Shown here piece by piece: positions 1-13,855 of a DNA stretch of 64,000 nucleotides. Each line of letters begins with the position of its first letter. Position 1 is the stretch's first letter. The stretch is from Bigelowiella natans CCMP2755. Lineage: Eukaryota; Protista; Cercozoa. Location of the stretch: assembly GCA_000320545.1 (NCBI GenBank), contig ADNK01002103.1, positions 1-64,000 on the forward strand, given 5' to 3'. A program made the position numbers and the translations under genes. The notes under the pieces were generated by a model. The model searched no databases, was not told the origin of the DNA, and was given only the letters and a program-made list of their open reading frames with translations.

Positions 1-230
1 ACGAATCCGAATGATTCCCCCTTATAACAACAGTAGATGATCTAAATATATACATACATACGCATGCTTTCGCCCCCTCCCCCCGTGTGTGTGTGGGGGT
101 GGGAGGTAGAGTGTTCTTATATTAGGATTCTTTAGATTAGTGCCCGCGTGAAAGAAAACCAGCGCAAATTCACGGTAGAAAGAAACGCCCCCCCCCCCCC
201 CCCACACACACACATGTATATATTAATATG

Positions 231-268
<38 letters not shown>

Positions 269-1045
269 ATTGATTGATTGACTCATATTACGTCTTCTTC
301 ATCTGCTTTCTTCTTTAACTCTAATGCCTTCTTGTAGACTTGCTCTTCCAATTTCCTTTTTGCTTCCTTTTATGGGTAGAAAAACAACACTTCGTTTCAT
401 CCATCGACTTCCAAAGCTGTGTTAGTGAACACACCTGGCGAGCTTTGATTTCTTTCTTCTTTGCCTCTAGAATTTCGTCTGGAATTCCGAAGTTATTTTT
501 AGTGGCACTTACCAGCATCTCCCATAGTTCTTTCATAAAGTCCTACAAAACAGGTATACCCTACTCAAAGATCCGTCCAAGTGGTTATCCTATTATAATG
601 TAATCGCAACCTTCGCATTCCCTTCTAGGAAGCCAGTTACTTGAATATGCAAGTCTTTGGGATCAGGCTAAGAGAGGATACACGGAATTTTAAAGCAATT
701 TTGCATTTAGAGAAAGGAAAGGTATTTACGTTCTTCTTCGCTTCTAGGAGATTGAAGATCAAATCGATAACAATTTCGTCTGGGAATCCCAATATTTCCG
801 TGATTCGATGGGAAATCCATGGCTTTAGAACTACCAATCTAACTTTAGTCATATCAACCTGGATATATTTACGAGAATTTGGTGGAAATACCTCAAGCTT
901 TGCACGAATGTCACATTTTGTCACGTGTTTCTAATACCTTCTCCTTATAACATGGAGGAAACTTCATACTCTTCCGAAGCTTTTTCATTTTTGATTTGAA
1001 AAGTGGGTCTTGCCCTATCGAGGTGCCTCTATAGAAACCACTCAT
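1..1045 (-). CDS. SRRM1: PWI-domain splicing factor (SRRM1/SRm160-like), spliced, runs off the window start
   Basis: Stitched exons with GT..AG boundaries: MSGFYRGTSIGQDPLFKSKMKKLRKSMKFPP / VDMTKVRLVVLKPWISHRITEILGFPDEIVIDLIFNLL / PDPKDLHIQVTGFL / FMKELWEMLVSATKNNFGIPDEILEAKKKEI. This is the diagnostic SRRM1 PWI N-terminus. Confidence 0.93.
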
Positions 1046-1607
1046 GGTTCCTGAAGGTTATCTCAGTAGTCTTGAGCAGACCTGATAAAAAAGGATGAAG
1101 GGCCGAGGAGATTCATAATCATATAATAGCCTTGCATCGGACTTTAAACAAGCATTCCATATTCATAGGGACATTCTGTAAATCTCTTTATAATATTCAT
1201 CACTTTTTTGCTTTTAAAAATTATGCTGCATCTCTCAGTACTCAACAATAAAAGTGGAGTAATCAATTATTATCGGGCGGGGAGGCATTGCGTACGTTCG
1301 GTCTGATTTTGGTCGGAAACGAGAATTTCATACTCCGTCTATTTTGTTCGTACGACATTCCCTCTTGGGCTATACTTGAATATTTCAAATGTATTTCATT
1401 TTTCTGACGACACGGCAGAAATTTACACCGAGATGGACCTAACAATCAATCCCAGGAAGGCCTGATAATTCTGAAAGACCGTATTCTACCTGCGGAAGGA
1501 CTAACATCCATTGTCGTATGGTATTAAACAAATTTATTTATGTGGTTTTACTTCACAGGAGCAGAGAGTTATTCTCAAAATCCAGAGAACCACCATAAGA
1601 CAAGAAA

Positions 1608-2073
1608 ATGGTGTTAGGCGCTCTAAAAATGTTTTGGAGGGACCGACCTGTCCTCTTTTCCTCTTTCGCCATGGGCTTTGCTGGCCTTGGACTTCTGTTC
1701 TCTGCCAAAGGAGATGCACCAACTCCCTTTCCAAAGGAGGTTGACCCCGCAAGGGTAAGAAATGTGAATCGTTGGGGATACTGCGTGTTTCTTGGAGGGT
1801 TTCATTTTGTTGGGTGAGGACTTTTTTTGAACTATCCTTCCAATTTTAGCAATTTTGTTTAGCTTTAGGATGAAACGGTATTCGACATTCTGAAGCTTAT
1901 TTTCTGTTTCAAACGATCATCCCTGAAAGCGAACATTCACTCACTCATTTCGTACACTTCTCTCAGGGAATCAAAGCTTTGGAGGCGATAGGACAGAAGT
2001 AAATCACTGCACGTTCAAATACAATTTACATTCTCTTATAATAGATATTTCATTTAGGCAAAGAGGACAATGA
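1608..2073 (+). CDS. Small single-TM mitochondrial protein, probable complex I subunit NDUFA3/B9-like (3 exons, ~64 aa)
   Basis: MVLGALKMFWRDRPVLFSSFAMGFAGLGLL resembles the NDUFA3 N-terminus (LKNAWDKEPVLVVSFVVGG). Exons ~1608-1754, ~1968-1999 and ~2059-2073 join in frame. Confidence 0.6.
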
Positions 2074-2279
2074 GGGAATCTCAAGGACACTGCCTCCCCA
2101 AAAACTTGAAAAATTAGCGAGTTAATGTAATTTCCTGAACGCATGAAAGTCTAGGTTAAGTTTATCAAGAGGATATAATTCGCAAATTATCACCATGTAT
2201 CATCATAATCGCCATTAGCAGCAGCAGTAGCAACAGCATTTCTCTTCCACCTCTCTTTACAAGAATGCACATACTCATG

Positions 2280-2291
2280 CGATGTAAACAT

Positions 2292-2330
<39 letters not shown>

Positions 2331-2900
2331 TTTGCATGCAAGGCATGCATGGAAAGGGCATTTCAATTCTGCATGCACCGAACGACATCCTTTGTTATAT
2401 CGTTATGTCTGTGCCCCGCATACGCATATTTAGATGCATGCTACTCATGAAGTGCACACATATATGATGTTGAACAATAAGCTGTCCAATGACCATAGGC
2501 GATGACACTGATTATATCGAAGAAAGGTGGCATGCATGGACTGCATGACTACGCGTACGTACGTACGATAACATGCATATATCATGCATAATGAAAGCTG
2601 CAGCACACATGATGCACAATTAATAGAGACTCATTTGTAGTCTCTCAACAACTTGATACATCGTACGTACATGCGCATGCGCACATATAGCATGCCGTCG
2701 GCCATGCCACCACGTGTGCGCTGCTGTTAACACGCGCACTTGCACCACATTAGAGGAATACAGAGACGTACATCGACAGAATACACGCTACGTACGTGTA
2801 CATTACACAAATAGCAGATTCCTTATTGCTATTACAACGCAGAAGTGAACCGTCGCCTGCATACATGTGAAATAAATACTTTAATGTGCACTAGCTGCAA
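2280..2900. other. CA/TG- and palindrome-rich convergent intergenic zone 1 (no bipartite element seen)
   Basis: Dense CATG/TGCA/TACGTA/GCGC between the NDUFA3-like (+) and membrane protein (-) 3' ends. Confidence 0.7.
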
Positions 2901-3089
2901 TAATAACAGAATAATTTGCTGGTTTTGTCCAGAAGTGCTGGGTGAACCTTGCCAGATACGATGCGATGTATGTGCACATGTTCAGTGTTCGAGCCATGCG
3001 AGAGAGCATGGACAAATTTAAGCTTTCAAGCTGGTTGTGGAAACTAGTGCTTTGCTGATTTTTTGGCAAAAACAGTGATAAACCTTCAA

Positions 3090-4680
3090 TCAGGTTTGTC
3101 CATGCACTTCACTATCAAATCTAAACAACATTAAAGATCCCATCGACCAGACGGCGATGATGCCCTGAGGTATATCATACTTTTTGTGAGCTACTCCAAG
3201 ACTGAAACTTATGAAAGAAGGCGACTTACAAATATGAATAAGCTGAAGTACTGCTTGGACAGTTTCTGCAACAGATCCGCCACCTCTGGGCTCAATCCAG
3301 GGTCTCCATTTGTATTATTACTATTACCTGTGCTGTTACTATTTTTCAAAGCCCGACGGCTCTTTCTGTTGCCGCTCGGTCCAGTTTGGTTGTTACTGGA
3401 ATTTCCGTTTCCTGGGACGAATTCCACGAGCCATTCAGTAATTCATTTTCAAAGCTAAGTAATACATACATACCTGTTGAAGGCGAAAGAGGCATCCTTT
3501 CGAGGTATTGAGAGCGGTCCAGGAAGGAAGTGACTAATATCACAGCGAACAGCCCACCCCACCATAAAATGTCTTGCCCAAGGACCCATGAGAACAATGG
3601 GAAGTTCATTATACAGCAGCATGCCACCTAAATATAAATCTTTTCAGATATGTGAAGCTTAAGGTGCGAGAAGGGAATAGACCAGTATTCTATCCATGTG
3701 CATTATGAGCCAATCGTTGTCGCCTCGTTCTAATGATCTTTGCAGGTCCTTCTAATTACCAGATCCAGTGATTCAACGCAAGCCGGTTAGAGAAATATAG
3801 AGGTACGCACCTCTTGTCCTTTCCCGCTGCTGATTTGTTTTCGATTATTGCCCCGACCTCCATGCTTCTGATCTCTTCCAGATCCTCGTTTTCGCGAACC
3901 TGCCGCGGGGGGGTCTAGCCAGGAGCTACTGCCTGAATCTCCTGTTGGGGGATACAGCGCGCCTATGAGCGTGTAAAGTGCTAATAAACATCCAGATCCG
4001 GCTGTGGCTCCCCAGAATAGTGAATTAGCCATCAAATCCTAAATGCAAATTTTGCTTCCGTCACATGACCCCGATGGACATAAATCAAGCTGATCATGTA
4101 CCAGGTTCGACCCCAATTCTCGACCGTCCGAATCTTCGGTCAGAGGAAGTACGTAGCTCATTATAAGACACCCAGTTCCTACTATCATGCCCCAGAATAG
4201 GGAGTCTAGTATGGCAAACATAGTGCTCTGTAGCATTTCCTGGTCTTGTTGAGCACGATTCTTCGTCATCCTAAAAGATTTATGTAGAAATTGAAAGTTT
4301 GATTAAAAATTAAAACAATACTTATTTGACCACAAAGAAACATGATAGGCGAAATACGAAACACATTCAGCCGACCAGATGTATAAACCAATTTAAGTTC
4401 CTCGTGAAAGGCGTAGACCAACAACCAAGCTCAAAAAACCAATAAAAGAAAAAGAATTGCAGTATGGCGGTGAAGATATGTATTTCAACTATGCTGGCAA
4501 TGGCTCGAAGTTCAATGTTCAGAAGTAAACCTGCGCTAATCTTCTTCCCAAGATTCTCTTTCCTTTTCGTGCGAAAATACTGAAATGATTTGATTAAATA
4601 ATCAAACCTCACGAAAACCCTCGCCAATATACCTCACTGGATCTCGAGTACCCTTCCCCCCTCCCTTCAGAATCAACCAT
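3090..4680 (-). CDS. Multi-exon hypothetical membrane protein with two internally similar hydrophobic exons
   Basis: First exon MVDSEGRGEGYSRSSE|GT. Hydrophobic exons DSLFWGMIVGTGCLIM, NSLFWGATAGSGCLLA and ILWWGGLFAVILVTSFL. The 3' end is uncertain. Confidence 0.55.
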
Positions 4681-5145
4681 ACATACAAATTATATGGAAT
4701 GATGGAAATGCCTTGAAGCGAATTCAACCTTGTGGATACTCTCCCTAATATGGAGCCGACTCTTCGCCACTACTCTACCTAGAGGGTTGCCATTGGTTGG
4801 CCTTTTTCAGATTAGCGGAGTCCATGCTGAGGGGAAAAACATATCGAAAATCCAAGCAAAAAAAATTATCTTATTGCATTTTTTCGATGTCGCAGATGAT
4901 TCATAGAAGGACAATTGACTTTTCATGCAATAGATTTGTTCCTGGATGGTGACGACCCTTTTCTTCCCCGAGCCGTAATAATTGAGTGGTAATATTTTCG
5001 CCAGTAAACTATTGTTAGTGTTCCTATTGGATGATTTCGTAGTTCAAAAAATAAGCCAATAATATCAATCTAGGGTGCGCCACTCATCGGAATCTTCCAT
5101 CGGCCCCAGCAGCGCGCTGCTCAGTCTCGTGCCTCACGCCCCACG

Positions 5146-5708
5146 ATGGACTCCGAGCCAAAAGCCTTTGTGAATTGGCAAAAAGTCCAGGAAATTCTTG
5201 CAAAGGAGATTACTGCAGGAGTTTCCTCTGCCTTGTATGAGAAACCATGATCCCAGTGTCTTCTATATACCGCTGAGCATTCTCTTATTGTGTTGTTAGG
5301 CTTTTCAATTCGAAAGGGGCACTCCTTACTTCAGCTGGAGACATAAAGAACGAACATATCATAAGCGCATTGACGGCCAATATATGGCAGTCTTATGCAG
5401 ACACTCAAAAGAAATTAAATTTCATGTTAATACTGTGCGAGGTAGAACATATTCATTGCTGCCATTGAACAGATTTGACAGCAACATGCATCAGGACGGG
5501 AAATTGGGAGTGGCTGGAGTTGGCGCTTTTCGAATTTGTATGTACTCGAACGATTTCAAGTATCCACTTGGTTTATTAAAAGCAAAGGTACCGCATATCA
5601 CACAAAATGTCAACATTCGGATGACTGACTGAGCAAAATATGTTTTGCTGCTATCAGATTGAGAGAGTCGTAGCAAAGCTAGATAAGCCATTAAGTTCTG
5701 TATATTGA
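5146..5708 (+). CDS. LAMTOR2: Ragulator complex protein LAMTOR2 (roadblock domain), 4 exons
   Basis: VQEILAKEITAGVSSAL/LFNSKGALLTSAG...SALTANIWQSY...LNFMLILCE/DGKLGVAGV..ICMYS...LGLLKAK/IERVVAKLDKPL aligns along its whole length with the LAMTOR2 pattern (LLLNNEGSLLAYSG..IASNIWAAY..GMLKAK). Confidence 0.88.
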
Positions 5709-5899
5709 TGATTTTATTGTGGATGCTGAGTGGAGACGATTCGAAACTGTAAATGGAGAGCTGTTACCGTTTGTAATGGATATTCTGCTCATTAGTTGAA
5801 AACGCCGCGTCGTAGTAGCCAGTCGTATATGTTAAATATATTATTAATATAAACTAAATGTCTATTGTTTGTCAAGTAGCTTTCATATGGTAGGAAGTT

Positions 5900-6350
5900 A
5901 TGACGATATTATATACGGCACATATGTACACACGCGCGCATGGATATGTCATACGCACAGCGATGTAAACTTTCATGTAAGCACATTTTTGGACTAAGCG
6001 ATAAAATGTGCACCAATACACGATTGATACGCTATGTGATATCAGTTGACAGCATTGATGTACATAGCGTGTGTGTGCATTTGGAAAATGATGGCTGCGC
6101 AGTTGTACTGTGTAGCTTTAACCATGGCGCAGCCGGCGCAAAAATCGTACGATATACTTGCTGCGCATTGCACAGCACATGAGTATGACCATATTGAGCA
6201 AATTAATTTATAAATTTGATTCATTACATCCGTCTTACCAACGCATGCTGCCTGCTATGTGGCAAAGCACGTACGTCAATGGCTACCACAATGAGGCTAC
6301 TTACATTGATCATCATCTGCACAACCTTGACGACTCAAGCAGAACATAGG
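5900..6350. other. Convergent intergenic zone 2
   Basis: Same composition, between the LAMTOR2 (+) and hypothetical (-) 3' ends; contains copy A. Confidence 0.7.
6161..6239 (+). repeat. Conserved intergenic bipartite element, copy A (diverged, longer spacer)
   Basis: gcattgcacagcacatgagtATGACCAtaTTGAg-N26-TACATCCGTCTTAC. Confidence 0.8.
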
Positions 6351-6438
6351 TGCTAAATCAACGTTTTTGCCTCAAGGTCGAGTGTCTGTTTATATGCAGC
6401 CATCATCTTTTCTGCTAGTGATGTATCTAATCTGCGGT

Positions 6439-7366
6439 TTACTCTGTTGCAGAGTAGACATTCCTGTATTCATCTTCATCATCAAGATCAGGAAAGTATC
6501 TGACCATGATCTTCTTCAACGCCCTCGTAATAGCACGTGCTCCATTTGGCATAAATGGGTTGCCAGATGCTGACCCCTTATTATAGGCCTGAAAATAGTC
6601 GTAAGATGTATATTTTGGTGGATTTTAACATTATCGTAAATGATATTGAGTACACAGAGACGAGCATCATTATGTCATTACCACGTGAGTAAGTAGAGTC
6701 CTGTATACGATTGTAGCCGATCTGTTATATACGAAAGGAAAAGTGTTGAAGATAAGATTGAGATTATTGCGGTGCAGTACCGATACCTGTTGTCCTTATT
6801 TCCAACGGCATGAAACACTATCAAGACCGAAGCAAATACACATTTGTTAGTATACCGGGAAGGATTAAAAGAGAGAATCAGAGAGAGAGGGGGGGGGGAG
6901 GGGTAAGGGGGGAAGTCGAGACACGTAGTCGTTGAAAGTTTTATTTTTGTGTCTTTGGAAAAGGCGATCATGAGAGGGCTCTCTATATGGCCAATTTTAT
7001 GATTCACGATCCCCTTCATTTCGTCTTCCTCGCACCTGCGTGGGCATTGCCTCCCCAGTAGGAGTTGACAGGAACGTTCATGACACGATAATCCTCAGCA
7101 TTTGCACCTTTGTGCGAATAAATAACGGAATATATTGGTAAGCGGAAAGGCGTGTTTGTACTTAAATCTGTATGAATGAATGTGTGGAATCAAGAGGGGG
7201 GTGGGGGGGACATCCCGTTATCGCACCGCATTGGCCCTCGATTGGAGCTCTGCCACCGATTCCAACAATTTTATGGCCTTTGCCACCCTATAAGCAGCAC
7301 AATCATCATTTTATCGTCATCTTGGTTATTCCCATCGTCCAGAAGCAGCGATGGACATCATGAATG

Positions 7367-7408
<42 letters not shown>

Positions 7409-7701
7409 GTGCAACCTGTGGCACCGAAATGCAGGCCGTTTCAATACCAATTGATTTGTCGTAATGCCAAGCAAGCCCATCTCCAACCTATAGTAATAAT
7501 TAATAATAAGATGTGCTCAATCACGCGACCGTACACAAATCAGTAAACAGATACGAGATCATACAACTTTGGCACAGAGAGAGAGAGAACCCGCTCTCCA
7601 TGCGGAATCAACGCTGCTTTTCGGAGACTTGATCTCAGGACTTCCAATCATCATGCCCACGTTTATTCAGTGAAGATAATATATATCTAAATATATATAT
7701 C

Positions 7702-7740
<39 letters not shown>

Positions 7741-8809
7741 AATATGTATATATACATACCTCGTTCTCATGTCGGTAAGTCATAACCGCTGCAATACCGT
7801 ACACGTGCTGATGAATGTTTCACACACATCAAGTAGCTTTTATTGCTATCAGAGGAAGCTAACAGCTCATACGAATCATGGTATTCTTAAAAAAATTATC
7901 GCCATCTTCACGTGTGTCACCATTCCACTTCCACAACGTTCAGTATCATCATCGTCTCCACCACCGGCAGCAGCATTATAACGTTGTCGTCATTCATCTG
8001 CAGCACACAATTAGAGGCAGCTTGCAACCTGCTCGATCCCAGAAATAGAGAAGCACCGCACAACCTCAGGATTTCCCTGCGAAAGGTGTTTTGACCCATT
8101 GAGTAGTAGTAGTCGCGCCATTGCACAATTTGTTGGTGAAAGACACGGGATTGCGACACATTCGTTTGCACATGAAAACTACTATGTATGAGACCAATCA
8201 ATCACCTGAAGGAGCAGGCAGCGCAACCAGCGGATCGCTGATGGCTGTACGTGAGATGTAGAGAAAGAAGAGAATCAGGGAGGAGGAAGAAGAAGGCGGG
8301 GGGGAGGATGGAGTGAGATGGTAGTAGAAACGTGTCTCAAGCACCAAAGACTTGATGCACCGAAATGCTGCTAAGAGGATGGTATTGATTGAATGTCTTA
8401 CATTACATCATGTGTTATTGTTATTGTTGTTGTTGTTGTTGTTGTTGTTGCTTGTGGTAAGTGTTTAATGCAAACACCATGGAAACAAAGGCTCCGCTTA
8501 GCGTTTTGCCGGTGCGGGACCGGGCAAAGATGCCGTTTTCATCGTCTTCGCCGCCTTCGCCGCTGCCATTTCCTTCGCCGTGCTTGTGCTCGTCTGTCGT
8601 GTTTGGCCCTGTCGCCTTCATCGCTGTGTGATTGTAGCTTGGAGGCGGTGCCCATTGCTTATCGATCCCAAGATCACACGGATTCTATGGAAAGACACCG
8701 TTGATAGGCAAGAGAGCAAGATGAGATCGACGACGGCGGAGATTGTCTAGTTGACTATTGAGCACATCCATACGCTGCTGGCGCATTTATTGCACGATGA
8801 CTTCTCGAG

Positions 8810-8843
<34 letters not shown>

Positions 8844-9115
8844 TCTGGCTGTCCGCGTATGATTCCAAAACATTCTATGTTTTGTCGAATCGTTGTGGAT
8901 TTTCATCATGTAATGCACTGTTGTCACACCATTTATTTATTCATCATTTACTCGAGGCTACTACCTACCTGAAAGGGTAAGCATTCTCTATCCCAGCGAT
9001 GTAGACAGTACAGGGCCATAACTTTGCTGCTGCTGCTGCTGCTTAGAATCATAAAACGAAGGGGAGATAGTAGAAGGTAGTATTGTGTTTGTATATAACA
9101 CACACAAACACACAC

Positions 9116-9150
<35 letters not shown>

Positions 9151-9861
9151 TTCGGCAATGGTCCTCCTGTCGGTGTTTATCGCTGCACAACACGACGAAG
9201 GCAGGCAGATAGGTGATGGGGACAAATCGGTGGTTGGGAAACAGCAAGGGGGAAGCAGCAGTCTAAAAATGGCCCCTCGCCGAATTAATCAGAAGGAAAG
9301 ACAAGGAAATATTGCGAAAAGTCTGCAGCAACGTTGCTTGCAGTAGACCTGGTGTTCGGTATTCCGTGTGATGACGAGGATGATGATGCTAGCGAAGCAG
9401 ATACAGATGGAGATGATGTAGTAGTAGGCTTCCAAGCTGCAGATGCTGGAACAGGAGGGGGAGGGGGGGGAGAAGAATCGACACTACCAGCAGAAGTCCC
9501 TGTTCGTGATACTGCTGGAGCAGTAATATTTCTGGGTTGTTGTTGTTGTTGTTGTTGTCTTGTGCTGGTTCCTTCGGGTAGTATCGCCCCTCTGCTGCTG
9601 CCATTTTCTTGAGGGCAAGGAGCCATGTTCTTTGTGTCATTCTTGCTATTGTTACTGTTCTCGCTCACATGCCCATTTGCTTCCCTGTTCTTCTCCTTCT
9701 TGTCGGTTTCTGGGCAATTGTCGCTGGTCTGCAGCGGGCTCTGCTTCAGCCCCTTTCTGCTATCAGCCTCGTAGCCGATGTCGTCATCTGTTGCACTCCC
9801 TCCGAAATACAGCTCCCACGTATATCGTTGCTTCAAACCAGCGATCTAAAATATTATATAT

Positions 9862-9903
<42 letters not shown>

Positions 9904-10384
9904 GTATATGAATATGTTTTTGTGTGTATCATGAGATGCAGCAGCCACATCAACTGAAGGAGAGCATTAGAATCGTCCATTCCATCTGTGTTTGCAAGCG
10001 TGGCTGCTCTCCACAAGCAACGATTGGCAGCATCATCCATACATCGATATCTTTGCTGATGATGAGCGCCCTGGTCTTCTTCTCACCTCTTTCTCTAGGA
10101 TGTGCCCGAACCACGGCGAAACACACTTTTCCCCCAGGAAAATAGGATACCTGGCAGATGATTTTTAAGTTGTCGCTTACGCTGCCTTGCTATGACTGTG
10201 ATGATGTGCGAGATTTGCCATCATATTTGCAGCAGTAGCAGCTGACATACCGTCCTTGCTCGGTCACTAGATCTGGGTGGCCCTTCTCGAGAGAAAAGCT
10301 CTCGATTCGCCGCCATCGTCGTGCATTCAGCCGTGCACAGGCCTTAATCCCCCGGGATATATCATGTCGATTACAGATACCCTA

Positions 10385-10422
<38 letters not shown>

Positions 10423-11963
10423 CTGTTGTTGTTGTTGTTGCTTCTGCTGCTGCTGCTCGATAGGATAGTTTTCTTGACCACACTAAGCTTAGTATATGAA
10501 TGATGACGATGTTTGGGCGTTCTGGTTTGTGGCCTCAAAGGCACCGAGACAGCAGGGGCAAGACACAGCCAGCTGTTATTTTCAGAAGATGGTTCGAAAA
10601 TAGTTTGCAGAGAATAAATCTACAGATGTTGTCGTGGTCACTCATCACCGTGGAACCGTCATCGAAGAGGACTTCTGCCTGCTGTGCACAGTGTGTTTTC
10701 GTGTCGCGCGCAATCCCATATCTCCCTCTCGGGACTGCTGAAGAATGGCTGGTGGCACGTCTCTCTAGTCTTCTAGAAGTGGCAACGACCATCAGCACCC
10801 TCTTGTATGCACATCTGCAGCAGCAGCAGCAGCAGAACACATCAACTTGTCAGTCGTCGGTGCAGCTTAATATGATGAGCACTGCAAGGCTCTGGATATT
10901 ATTCAATGACTAGGAAGCAGGGGGGGGTAGAAAGAGAGAGGGAGAGAGGAGGAGGTGGTGGAGGAGGAGGAGAAGGAGGGAGATATCCATTGGACATAAG
11001 AATACAAAGGCGGGGGAGACGCATGCTTAGAGAGAGGCGTCGGTTCGTCATGACTCTACCAATTACTCTCACCTTTTCCCTACATGCGTTGGCGTCTTGA
11101 ATTGGCATTTCATGTAAGAGTCGGCTGCTCGTGCTGTTCGCATCTTTCAGTATCAAATTCAGAGGAGGATAACGCTGAGGGTCGATGCTTTAGTGTAGGC
11201 ATGCGCCAACTTCCACAGAAGCAAATAGGGTAGAAGAGATTAGGGAATCATCTTGTAAAAAGCGTTCCATACCTTTTTGCATGCTCCTTCAAAGCTAGCG
11301 GTTTGTTCACGAGACAATTTCAATGCAGCTGCAGCCTCCCGAATCTCGTCCAGGTCTGCTGTGGCTAAGAACTCACAGTCGTAGCCGCTGACCCCCCCCA
11401 ATGGTGGTGTTGATATTATAGGTGGTCCGGATTGTTTAGCTTCATCCAAAAAAATAATTTGGGATGCAGGGTAATAGACTATTACTACTACTACTAGCAC
11501 TACTCACTTCTCGATAATACGTCGCGTGATCTCATCTCCACTCCCGTCATCACTCTGTCAGTTAGACAATATTGCGATGAGAATACTTCTCATATTGGTC
11601 TTCTCTATTACCTTAAAACTGGCCTCGATTAGAAGCTTCTTCATCAAGGCAACGTCACCCTCAAGCTCAGAGTCGGCTATATTTGTGGTAGCTGCGGTGA
11701 ATCTGCTGGCGTCTTTATTGTCATATAGTTTATGCCAGCACGCACACTGTAAGACTGATCGTTGGAGCATGCAAATTGAAAAAAGAGACGGCGACACCAA
11801 CTAGGTGATTTAATAGCTTCACCAACAGTTTCAGTCAAACATTTTCATTGCTCTACCAGATTCTATCTACTACATGTGAAAACCAACGCTGTCGGCGCGA
11901 TTAATGAGCAATAGCAACCACTCTACCTTGATCCTTCTTCTTCTCCCCTTTACTATACATCAT
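6439..11963 (-). CDS. Large multi-exon hypothetical protein
   Basis: Series of minus-strand open segments bounded by AG/GT, e.g. GYDCEFLATADLDEIREAAAALKL, LKQRYTWELYFGGSATDDDIG and a probable last exon ...RYFPDLDDEDEYRNVYSATE*. No family recognised. The start may lie further up, to ~12440. Confidence 0.5.
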
Positions 11964-12601
11964 GAAGACCAGTTTGCCTTGTTTTACGCTTAAAGCAAGG
12001 TCAATGCATGGCACTAGCTCCTCCGTCGCTTACACGATGATCGGAGGAGGGACTGCGTTTCCGAAAGTAGCACGGTGATGTCTCCTGACAAAAACTGCAT
12101 GTCGCAGGATGATTTCACCGGCCGTTTTTGCCATTTTTTGCCCGGAGTCATTTCGCGATTTTCGTCATGCGTCTTCAGTCCCCAGGCCATTTTCTGGTGA
12201 CGCGACAACAAGCACTCACACCAGTCACCAGTCTGATTTCGTGACAGAAGCCTTGAGTTAAGAACCTGCGACAAGGTAAAATTAGGTGGTCTAGGAATGA
12301 ACAGCAAGCCTTCTGTGTTTCCCGTACCCACGGACAGAGAAGACAAATCTGACACGCCGATCGTACCTGTATGGAGAGCGGGAAGGTGCGTGGGAGGGAC
12401 GGGGGTTAGTGGGAGGGAAAATATAGATAATACCATAGATGAATGAGAAAAAATGAGGTGAATACTATCTCACGGTGTGGAGGAGAGCAATGTATTATTT
12501 TCGAAATTTCCTTGAGCCGCCCTCTTATTGGAAGCAACACAGCTATTACTACGGAAGAAGCATGAGAGTATCGTCACTCTTTGATAGTTTTTTTGGTCGA
12601 T

Positions 12602-13820
12602 TTGGAGCAGAATGATACTAAAGGCGATCGGCCTAATGAGCCTTCCGAGTCTTCGTCAACCGCGACGGACGGGAAAGTCACTCTAAAGGTAGTGGCATGA
12701 CTTTTTCGATAATGCTACGTCTCGATGCAAACGGTGGAAGGAGAAGAATGGTCGTTATTCGCAAATATGTATTCTTACAACTGATCGAATAGGTAAAGAC
12801 TTTGGGGGGCGGAAATCATGAAATTCAAGTGGATGCGAAGGTGCCTGATCGCCAAATAAATAGCCTACGTGCATCCTTCTTCCTTATGAAGCCATTGTTT
12901 TACTGCCATGGAAGCAGCATACGACTCCGCCGTCATCCACGATGTAACTTGGGCTATTATATGGCACTGAGCTACAAGTTGTGTTGTGTATTCTGTTGTG
13001 TTCTGATTATGTGGTCTCATCATTATTCTCATACTACTGTCATGTATCATCAGTGCCCCATCCCTACTCTGAAGCAAATCGTGGCTGAGAAAACAAACGT
13101 TCCAGTCGAAAACCAGCGGATAATATTCCACGGCAAGGTTATTCACAAAGGAGGAGATGACTATTTAAAAGCAAACGGACCGGGAGATATTCCCCACTAA
13201 TTTCACGGGGGGGGGGGGGGGGGCGGGGGCTGCCTGGGAGATTCAGCAGCATTTGGAATAACGACACTTTGTGCTTTAAGTGCTAAATGCTGCTTTGGTA
13301 CTCGTCGGTGCTCGTAGGTCTTAAAGGATGACAAGGACATCTCATCGTATGGCATGGTAGACGGCAACGCTCTCCATGTGGTTCGAAGGCCCCCCCCTCG
13401 GGCTCGTAACGGCACAACGCCAGCATCCTCGCAGCAAGGGCCCCAGTCGGGAGCACAGAACGGGGGGCAGACGTCTTCATTCACATCATCCAACAACGGG
13501 TCTCATAGCGTGATGATGGGCACGACTATTGCCGTCCCTGATGGCCAGGTCTTGTCTACACTGATGTTGCCTCACATTAATATACGCCGCATACTATTTG
13601 AACGCTCACAAATAACATTATGGAAAAAAAATAGTATTAACATGTTTCCACATATCCTACTATCTAGGCCCTCCCTGACCTTGGACAAATATTTTCGAAC
13701 GTTCTTTCTTCTCTTGGCCCAGCACTGCAGCAGGCTGGTGGAGTTCTGAGTCGGGGAGCAGGAGGAGGAGGAGGAGGGGTGGGGATAGGGCAAACACCAT
13801 CTTCGTCGTCCTCCTCATCG

Positions 13821-13855
<35 letters not shown>

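Noticed and set aside
4780-5070. CCAAT/ATTGG words in divergent promoter gaps (also ~12527, ~28827, ~53903, ~58512)
   Set aside because: Plausible NF-Y sites, but 5-mers are too frequent to support a call without statistics.
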